Source of the DNA: an uncultured Gammaproteobacteria bacterium
GTDB taxonomy: Bacteria > Pseudomonadota > Gammaproteobacteria > Steroidobacterales > Rariloculaceae
Direction: 5' to 3'
Length of the DNA: 64,000 nt
NCBI GenBank assembly: GCA_963805435.1
Contig: CAWDUG010000001.1
Span: 199,145 to 263,144, forward strand
This document shows, one piece after another, positions 57,027 to 64,000 of the stretch. Positions within the stretch are counted from its first letter, which is position 1, and every line of letters begins with the position of its first letter. Below the pieces are notes generated by a model. It was not told the DNA's origin. It did not search any database and saw only the letters and a list, made by a program, of their open reading frames with translations. The position numbers and the translations under genes were made by a program.

Positions 57027-58590
57027 ACAAGCTGCCTTCATGGCTGCGGTTCTGGCTCTGACCTCGAGCGCGGCGCTCGCGGACAGCCCGCTCGCCGACG
57101 CGATCGAGAACGGCCGGCGCGACGTCGCGCTCGATGCTCATCGAGCAGGGCGCGGACGTGAACGCCGCGCAAGGTGACGGCACCACGCCGCTGCACTGGG
57201 CCGCGTACAAGCTCGACGCCGATCTCGTCGAGCGCCTCGTGAAGCGCGGCGCGCACGCGGCCACGCAGAACCGCTTCGGCGCCACGCCGCTCGGTGAGGC
57301 CGCGAAGGCCGCCAACCTCGAAGATCGTGAGGCTGCTGCTCAAGGCCGGCGCCGCCGTCGACGCGGCGAACGGCGACGGCGAGACGGCGCTGATGCTTGC
57401 TGCGCACACGGGCTCGGTCGATGTGGTGAGCGCGCTGATCGCCGCCGGCGCCAACGTCAACGCACGCGAGGCGTGGCGCGACCAGACCGCGCTGATGTGG
57501 GCGGCCGAAGGCGCGTACGCCGATCTCGTCGAAGCTCTTGATCCAGCACGGCGCCGACGTGCACGCGCGCGCCGCGGCCAACGACTGGGGCTCACAGATC
57601 ACGAACGAGCCGCGCGCGCAGTACCGCCCCACGGGTGGTCTGACGCCGCTGCTGTATGCCGCGCGCTCGGGTTGCGCCGAGTGCGTGCGCGCCATTCTCG
57701 CCGCGGGCGAGAACGTGGATCGGCCGACGCCCGACGGCGAGACCGCGCTGCTGCTCGCGATCGACAACTACGAGTTCGATACCGCGAAGGTGCTGCTCGA
57801 CGCGGGCGCGAATCCGCTAGCCACCGATTGGTGGGGCCGCACGGCGCTGTATCTCGCCGTCGACATGAACACGCTACGTGCCGCGCACGGGCGAGCCCCA
57901 TCCGCGCTCGAAGACCACCACGGCCATGGATCTCGTGCGTGCGCTGATCAGTGCCGGGCGTGGACGTGAACGCACAGCTGAACTTCCATCGGCCCGGGCG
58001 CGGCGGCAACAGCGCGCGGTTCGTCGACGATCTTCTGACGACGGGTGCCACGCCGCTGCTGCGTGCCGCGATCATGCACGACAACGACGCGCTGCGCGCG
58101 CTGCTCGCAGCTGGCGCAGAGGTGGATCTGCCGAACGTCATGGGCGTGACGCCGCTGATGGCCGCGGCCGGCGTGGGCGTGCGCGAGCCCGGGTTCGGCG
58201 CGAATCGTGCGCCGGACTTCACGAGCAAGAAGATCGAGAGCGAGGTCATCGCGTCGCTCGACATCCTGCTCGCGGCCGGCGCCAACGTGAACGCTCGAAA
58301 TCACGGATTTGCAAAGCCGTACGGCCCGCATCGCGCGCTTGAACTCGATGACGGATCGGCAGGGGCAAACGGCGCTGCACCAGGCGGCTGGGCGCGGTTG
58401 GACCGAGGTCGTGGGGTACCTGCTCGCGCACGGCGCGAACCCTGGCGTGAAAGACACGCTCGGCCGCACGGCGCTGAATCTCGCCACCACGCCCGTACAG
58501 GGCCGGCCCGTGCCGAACGGCGACAAGATCGCCGAGATGCTCAAAGTGGCTGCCGCCGGCGGCAGCGCGACCGCGCGCGCGGGAAACTGA
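57023..58590 (+). pseudogene. secreted ankyrin-repeat protein, copy B, six or more frameshifts
   Basis: The ATG at 57023 overlaps the MBL stop (ATGA). Signal ...AVLALTSSAALA. Ankyrin units (GDGTTPLHWAAY, GDGETALMLAAHTGSVDVVSALIAAGANVNA, QTALMWAAEG, GQTALHQAAGRGWTEVVGYLLAHGANP) are dispersed over ORFs 57134, 57294, 57538, 57951 and 58309. Collinear with copy A. Confidence 0.7.
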
Positions 58591-58608
58591 TAGGGGGAGT
58601 TACAACGT

Positions 58609-60435
58609 ATGCGAATCGATTCGAAGCGCGCGGCAGTCGCGGCGCTCGCGGCGGCCGCTGGGTTCGGCGGCCGCGCTGGCTCAGCACGCACCCGCTGCGC
58701 CGCCGAAGTTCACGGCGAAACAGCTCGCGGCACCCGGTACCGACGGCTGGATCACGAACGGCGGTAACGTCTACAACCAGCGCTACTCGCCACTCGCGCT
58801 CATCAACAGAGACAACGTGGCGAAGCTGAAGCCGAGCTGGCGCACGCACTTGAACGGCTCGGCCACGGAGAGCAAATACTCGGGCCAGGCGCAGCCCATC
58901 GTCTACGACGGCGTGATCTACATTTCTACCGGCGCGAACGACGTGTTCGCGCTCGACGCGGACACGGGCAAGATCGTGTGGAGCTACGAGGCGCACCTCG
59001 ACGCCGGCATCACCGTCGTGTGCTGCGGCTGGGAGAGCCGCGGCGTCGCGATCGGCGACGGCAAGGTGTTTGCCGGCCAGCTCGACGGCAAGCTCGTCGC
59101 GCTCGACTACAAGACCGGCAAGGTTGCGTGGCAGGTGCAGGCGGAGACGAACGCGGACGGCTTCAGCATCACCACCGCGCCGCTGTATTACGACGGCCTC
59201 GTGATCACGGGTTTCGCGGGCGGCGACAAGGCCTCTCGCGGCCGCGTGAAAGCGTTCGACGCGAAGCAACGGCAAGCTCGTATGGACGTTCTACACGGTG
59301 CCGGCGCCGGGCGAAGCTGGGCCACGACACCTGGCCCAGCAGCAACGAAACGTGGAAGCACGGGGGCGCGGCCGTATGGCAAACGCCAGCCGTCGATCCC
59401 GAGCTCGGCCTCGTGTACTTCTCCACGGGCAACCCAGGCCCCGATCTGAACGGCTCCGTGCGGCCCGGCGACAACCTGTTCACCGTGTCGATCGTGGCCA
59501 TCGAGGCGAAGACCGGCAAGTACCGCTGGCACTTCCAGCAGGTGCATCACGATCTGTGGGACTACGATTCGCCGAATCCCGTGGTGCTGTTCGACGCCGT
59601 GGTCAACGGCGCGCTCGCGCAAGGGTATCGTCGAGATCGGCAAGACGGGCTACGTGTACATTCTCGACCGCGTGACGGGCAAGCCGCTCGTCGGCATCGA
59701 GGAGCGGCCTGTGCCGCAGGAGCCGCGCCAGGCGACGGCCAGCGACGCAGCCGATTCCGCTCGGCGACGAGGTCATTCCGCACGAGATCGACATCGAGCC
59801 CGAGGGCTTCAAGCTCGTCAACAAGGGCCGCATCTTCACACCGTTCTGGGACACGCCCGTGGTCGTGAAGCCGCTCGGCACGGGGGGTGCGAACTGGCCG
59901 CCGAGCTCGTACGACCCCGAGACGAATCTCTTCTATGTGTGCACGGGCGACGGCGCCGCCGCGTACTCCACGAAGGAGGGCGGCGTGGAATGGGTGATGC
60001 CGAAGCCGGGCGGCCGCTATTTCGGCGGCGATTACACGCGCTCGCGCGTGCCGCGCCGCGGCGTGCTGGCCGCCGTGGACGTGCGCACCAACCGCCTCGC
60101 CTGGCGGCAACAGTGGGGAGAGCTCTGCTACGCGGGCTCCACCGTCACGCGCGGCGGCCTGCTCTTCATCGGCCGCAACGACGGTCGCTTGCAAGCGCTC
60201 GATAAATCAGACGGCAGCCTGCTCTGGGAGTACGAAACGGACGCCGGCATTCATGCGGCCGTGAGCACGTTCGAGCGCGGGCAGCCAGCAGTACGTGGTG
60301 GCGCTCTCGGCCGGCGGGTTCTTTCCGGGCACGAAGCGCGGCGACAGCGTGTACCTGTTCGCGCTCGATGGCGGCGGGTTGCCGAGTGGCGGCAAGGCGG
60401 AGCCTTCGGGCGGCGGGGTGGAGCTCACGCACTAG
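58609..60435 (+). pseudogene. PQQ-dependent alcohol dehydrogenase (quinoprotein, no cytochrome domain), five or more frameshifts
   Basis: Signal peptide. NQRYSPL, IYISTGANDVFALDADTGK, the vicinal VVCCGW cysteines, WQTPAVDPELGLVYFSTGNPGPD, HHDLWDYDSPNP and GANWPPSSYDPETNLFYV are spread over ORFs 58817, 58978, 59654 and 59859. Confidence 0.8.
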
Positions 60436-60483
60436 CGTTCGCCGGCACGGCGACGCTCGTTCCGTGAGCGGCGCGCTGCCGAT

Positions 60484-60879
60484 CTAACTCACCTTTGCCA
60501 CTCTGGCGCCCACGTACATCAGCGGCGGAATCGAGATCGGGACGAGAAGGTTGTACCAGCTGGGGTAAACGCCCCACAGCGTGTAGTAGTGCATGAACGC
60601 GGCGTAGAGCGCCATGATGCCCGCGACGATCCATACGGCGTTTCGTCTTTTGCCGATGACGGCCGTCACCCAACCTGCAACGGGATTGACCCAAAGATAC
60701 ATCGACAAGAACAGCGTCCACATGGGTGTCGTGAGCTGCGAGAAATCACCGGTTGCCAGTGCCGGCCTGGTCGCTTCGTACAAAGCTGGCCATGCAAATA
60801 CGAAAGCGATCAGCGACGCGTAGAACGCGATCCACCAAGTCACTAGCCCCGCGACAGCGGCCAATACGGTTCGTGTCAT
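60484..60879 (-). CDS. integral membrane hypothetical protein (about 4 TM helices)
   Basis: 131-aa ORF with four hydrophobic spans (e.g. VLAAVAGLVTWWIAFYASLIAFVFAW). No family recognised. Confidence 0.5.
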   Translation of the reverse strand: MTRTVLAAVAGLVTWWIAFYASLIAFVFAWPALYEATRPALATGDFSQLTTPMWTLFLSMYLWVNPVAGWVTAVIGKRRNAVWIVAGIMALYAAFMHYYTLWGVYPSWYNLLVPISIPPLMYVGARVAKVS

Positions 60880-60912
60880 TTCGCTGCTCCGTGTGGGAAT
60901 GGTGACAAACGC

Positions 60913-61449
60913 TCAAGCAGGGAACGCGAGCTCGACGCCGGCGGGCGCGCTGAAGTCGTAGCCCTTCGTGAAGCCGATCCAGCGGCCGAGCAGCACCACG
61001 GCCGCCCAGAGCAGCAGCGACGCGAAGCCTGCGACGCGGGCCGCGCGCGGCGCCCCGCTTTCAAGCCAAGCCGCCGCTCCGCGCGCCGTAACGAGCTGAA
61101 ACACCGCCATGTTGAGCCCCGCGCCGAACAGCGCGAGCGCCTTCAGCTGGAACGCAGCGTTGTAGAAGTAGGTCTGCGGGCTCGTCGTGAACATCAGCGA
61201 GCCCGTGATCGCGGAGACCACGAACGCGAGCCACGTGAAGTGCAATGTCTCGCGGCTTACGCGCGTGTACGCTCGCTGCGAATCGGCGAGCCCGAGCAGG
61301 CGCAGGTCCACGATCAGCACCGTGCCGAACAGCAGCACGGCGGCCAGCACGTGCGTGGCCTCGACGACGGGCATGGCGGGGTTCGCGTACCGCATCCAGT
61401 TCGCGAGCGCGGAGCCTTGGATGCTCTCGAGCAAGGACTGCGTGCTCAT
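60913..61449 (-). CDS. integral membrane hypothetical protein, paralogue 2 of a tandem pair
   Basis: MSTQSLLESIQGSALANW... with ATHVLAAVLLFGTVLIVDLRLLGL and LLLWAAVVLLGRWIGF segments, mirrored in the upstream gene. Its ATG overlaps the upstream stop (61446-61449). Confidence 0.6.
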   Translation of the reverse strand: MSTQSLLESIQGSALANWMRYANPAMPVVEATHVLAAVLLFGTVLIVDLRLLGLADSQRAYTRVSRETLHFTWLAFVVSAITGSLMFTTSPQTYFYNAAFQLKALALFGAGLNMAVFQLVTARGAAAWLESGAPRAARVAGFASLLLWAAVVLLGRWIGFTKGYDFSAPAGVELAFPA

Positions 61450-61949
61450 GTGCGCCCCGACAGGCTGCCCCAGATTGCGCGGTCGTACGCGATCATGCGG
61501 CCGAGCAGTGGGATCACGAGCCACAGTAAGACGAGTCCTACCGCCGCGAGCTTTGCGGAGAACGGGAAGCCGGCCACTGGCGGTGGGCGCCGCGCGGCAC
61601 GGGCGAGCCACAACGTGCCCAGCGCGCAGCCGAGCACCAGCGCCAACTTGAGCCAGTAGGAGAAGGACGTGAATTCGCGCACGGGGTCGCCGAGCGACTG
61701 GGCGACGCCGGTCAACACCATGATGCCCAAGCCGGCCGCCAGCCATGGCGCGAAGCGCGCCCACACCGCTTCGAAGGGCTGGTCCGCACGCTGAAGCCCA
61801 AGCACCCTCAGCGCAATCATCAGCCCCGCTACGGCCACGACGCCGGCGGTGATCAGGTGCGCGGCCTGCAACAAGCGTATGAACCAGAACGCCGATTGGA
61901 TCGCGACGCTGGGGGCGGTTAAGGAGAGCCATTGGGCGAAGGCGCGCAC
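61446..61949 (-). CDS. integral membrane hypothetical protein, paralogue 1 of a tandem pair
   Basis: AAHLITAGVVAVAGLMIALRVLGL and LVLLWLVIPLLGRMIAY segments parallel those of 60913..61449. The start codon is uncertain. Confidence 0.55.
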   Translation of the reverse strand: MRAFAQWLSLTAPSVAIQSAFWFIRLLQAAHLITAGVVAVAGLMIALRVLGLQRADQPFEAVWARFAPWLAAGLGIMVLTGVAQSLGDPVREFTSFSYWLKLALVLGCALGTLWLARAARRPPPVAGFPFSAKLAAVGLVLLWLVIPLLGRMIAYDRAIWGSLSGRT

Positions 61950-62022
61950 GCGGTTGTCGATGCTAAGGGATGCGCCGCGCTCGCGCTAACGTTTTCGCAG
62001 CGCCGCGGGCCCCGTGCGCCGG

Positions 62023-62682
62023 TCAACGCACGCGCAGCAGCGTTAGCCCCTCGCCTACCGTCAGCATCGCGTGATCCACGCGTTCGTCTTTGCGCACGAG
62101 TTCGTTGAACGCCACCATCGCTTTCGCGTTCGTGGAACCCTGCGCCATCACCGGCGCGCCCGCGAGTGCCAGCGTGTTGTCGACGGCGATCAGACCGCCG
62201 CGGCGTACGAGCTTCAGGAGGCGTTCGTAGTAGGCGGCGTAGTTCGGCTTGTCTGCGTCGATGAACGCGAAGTCGAAGCGGCCCGATTCACCGGCCGCGA
62301 GTAGCGCGTCCAGCGTCTCAAGCGCGGGGCCGAGACGCAGATCGATGCGGTCGGCTACGCCGGCCTGGTGCCAGAACGGCTGACCGACGGCGGTCCATTC
62401 GGCGCTCGTGTCGCATGTGATGAGCGTGCCGTCCGCGGGCAGCGCGAGCGCCACGGCGAGCGCCGAGTAGCCCGTGTACGTGCCGAGCTCGATGCAGCGG
62501 CGCGCGCCGATGAGTCGCACGAGTAGCGCCATCAGTTGGCCCTGATCCGCGCCGATCTGCATTACGTTGTTCGGTACCGAAGCCGTGGCGGCACGTAGCT
62601 GCGCGAGCACCGTGGGCTCGCGCGTGGAGCTGCGCACGTACTCGTATACGTCGGCGGGTAGTAGCTGAGTTCGTCCTGTCAT
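62023..62682 (-). CDS. class I SAM-dependent O-methyltransferase (caffeoyl-CoA OMT / MdmC-like)
   Basis: CIELGTYTGYSALAVALALPADGTLITCD (SAM motif I), FDFAFIDADK and GGLIAVDNTL, as in Methyltransf_3 enzymes. Confidence 0.85.
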   Translation of the reverse strand: MTGRTQLLPADVYEYVRSSTREPTVLAQLRAATASVPNNVMQIGADQGQLMALLVRLIGARRCIELGTYTGYSALAVALALPADGTLITCDTSAEWTAVGQPFWHQAGVADRIDLRLGPALETLDALLAAGESGRFDFAFIDADKPNYAAYYERLLKLVRRGGLIAVDNTLALAGAPVMAQGSTNAKAMVAFNELVRKDERVDHAMLTVGEGLTLLRVR

Positions 62683-62701
62683 GGGGCTGCGTCCTTAGTG
62701 C

Positions 62702-62950
62702 TTAAGGGTCGCCGTAGGCGAGCCGGTCCATCATATCGGCGAATGCCGTCCAGTTGATGCGCTTGCTCTTGTGCCGGTTGCGGCCGTACCAGTAGAGCGA
62801 GCCGCGGCCCACTTCGAGCTCGCCGATTTTTTCCTGGGCGGCATAGATCTGAAGGTTCAGGGAGGACCCGGCTTTCGCCAGGTCGAAGTGGGCCAGCGCG
62901 GCCTTCACTTCGTGTCTGTGTTTCGGGCGGCTGCGTTTTTTCGTTGCCAT
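62702..62950 (-). CDS. small basic hypothetical protein (82 aa)
   Basis: MATKKRSRPKHRHEVKAALAHFDLAKAG...WYGRNRHKSKRINW. An internal ATG is preferred because the upstream part of the 171-aa ORF is Arg-rich and non-coding-like. No family recognised. Confidence 0.4.
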   Translation of the reverse strand: MATKKRSRPKHRHEVKAALAHFDLAKAGSSLNLQIYAAQEKIGELEVGRGSLYWYGRNRHKSKRINWTAFADMMDRLAYGDP

Positions 62951-63056
62951 GGGCTCGTTCTCAGCGGTCCACGTTGGCGCGATCATGGAACCGTTTGGCG
63001 CCACGCGCAACGGCATTTCCAGTGCAGGAACCCCAATTCGACTGTGCACCCGCGAG

Positions 63057-64000
63057 TTACTGCGCGTGCGGTTCGGCGCCGCCGGCGGCCGCGCGCTTCG
63101 CGTCTTCTTCCGCCTTCGCCGAGTGCGCCAGCGACACGATGTACTCGCGAATCGCTGACGCATCGTCGCGCGATAGCGCCGCCGCGAACGAGGCCATGCC
63201 GTTCGGCTCGCGCGCACCGCCGAGCACGATGGCGTCGAACAGCGCCTGCGTCTGAATCGCGGGCGACACCTTCAAATCCGGAAAATTGCTGATGTTGTTG
63301 CCGTGGCACTGCACGCAGTTCTGACCGTAGAGCTCGGTGCCGTGCGCGAGCACGTCCGCGGTCGCGGTGCTCGCCGGCGGATTCAGCGGCGGCGGCACGT
63401 ACGTGGCGGCAATCGGCAACGTCGCTTTGCCGCCGCGCTTGAATACGAGAAGCCGCGAGTAGTTCGGTTGGTAATACGGCTGCAGGCCGCGCCCAGCGGC
63501 CACGGCGACGTACTGCACGCCGTCGAGCTCGTAGCTCACGGGGCCGGCCGCAACGCCCGTTTGCGCGTCGAAGCTCCACACCCGCTCGCCGGTGTCGGCG
63601 CGATACGCAATGAATTCGTTGCTGCCGCCGCCGGCGAACACGAGGTCGCCCGCCGTGGCCAGGGTGCCTCCGTCGATGCCGTTGCCGGGGTTCACAGTGC
63701 GCCAGCGCGGTTTGCGCGCGACGGGGTCCCAGCCAATCAGCGCGCCGCGATCGGCGAACTGCAAGTCGGGCCGCTTCGCCAGTTCCGCCTCGAGCTCCGG
63801 CGGCACCGGGCGCGTGATGCCGACGTTCGTCCCGACCTTGGTCACGGTGAACTTGTCGGCCGGCGTGGGAATGTACACCTGCGCGTTGTGCCGGCTGCCG
63901 AAGTACACGAGCCCGGTCTTCGGGCTGAAGCTCATCGGCCGCCAGTTGTGTGCGCCTTGGCCCGTGGGCGTGACGAACGCGGGGCGGCCGGTCTGGTCGT
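63057..64000 (-). CDS. quinohemoprotein (PQQ plus cytochrome c) alcohol dehydrogenase, C-terminal part; 5' end outside window
   Basis: The frame is open to the window edge (..GQGAHNWRPMSFSPKTGLVYF..). Propeller blades (GGTLATAGDLVFAGG, VAAGPVSYELDGVQYVAV) are followed by a C-terminal heme domain with CVQCHG. Confidence 0.85.
   Translation of the reverse strand, partial: DQTGRPAFVTPTGQGAHNWRPMSFSPKTGLVYFGSRHNAQVYIPTPADKFTVTKVGTNVGITRPVPPELEAELAKRPDLQFADRGALIGWDPVARKPRWRTVNPGNGIDGGTLATAGDLVFAGGGSNEFIAYRADTGERVWSFDAQTGVAAGPVSYELDGVQYVAVAAGRGLQPYYQPNYSRLLVFKRGGKATLPIAATYVPPPLNPPASTATADVLAHGTELYGQNCVQCHGNNISNFPDLKVSPAIQTQALFDAIVLGGAREPNGMASFAAALSRDDASAIREYIVSLAHSAKAEEDAKRAAAGGAEPHAQ

Overview
High-GC bacterial chromosomal window. 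I recognised no rRNA, tRNA, CRISPR array, transposase or integrase. It holds about 55 protein-coding genes, most with Sec, lipoprotein or Tat signals, so the encoded content is largely periplasmic or outer-membrane.

Recognisable genes:
- msrA and msrB, and a YceH-like gene.
- Two MFS transporters.
- An RND efflux pair (membrane fusion protein plus pump).
- A transmembrane Ser/Thr kinase with a TolB-like propeller.
- A TonB-dependent receptor, arylsulfatase and FGE locus.
- An IorA/IorB-type molybdenum dehydrogenase.
- Two sGDH-type PQQ sugar dehydrogenases and two PQQ alcohol dehydrogenases.
- A short-chain dehydrogenase/reductase (SDR), a class V aminotransferase, an O-methyltransferase, a cupin protein and an XRE-cupin regulator.

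The most interesting signal is a heavily expanded, uncharacterised secreted two-protein module:
- The first component is a ~120-aa protein whose predicted mature N terminus is His-His, followed by an invariant W-x-N-P-H motif. I call it the HH-protein. It looks DUF6152-like, a name recalled from memory and not verified.
- The second component is a 250-320-aa two-cysteine partner protein with a G-x-W-E-G-D-T-L-V-V-E-T core.
- The pair occurs five times. Three copies have overlapping stop and start codons, one pair is divergently oriented, and one copy is a single fused gene.
- Two of the copies lie in mirror-image operons headed by PQQ sugar dehydrogenases.
- Two larger ~460-aa secreted paralogues look like remote relatives of the partner.

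A second recurring block is a periplasmic ankyrin-repeat protein with DUF1592 (two CxxCH motifs) and DUF1552 (Tat signal). It occurs twice, in inverted orientation, each time beside a periplasmic dehydrogenase.

Many genes are interrupted by 1-nt frameshifts. These are strongly clustered at ~13.0-18.4 kb and ~52.2-60.4 kb, while neighbouring long genes are intact. I cannot tell from sequence alone whether this reflects assembly or polishing indels or real gene decay.

Limits: family names come from memory of conserved motifs, no database search was possible, and frameshift positions are approximate.
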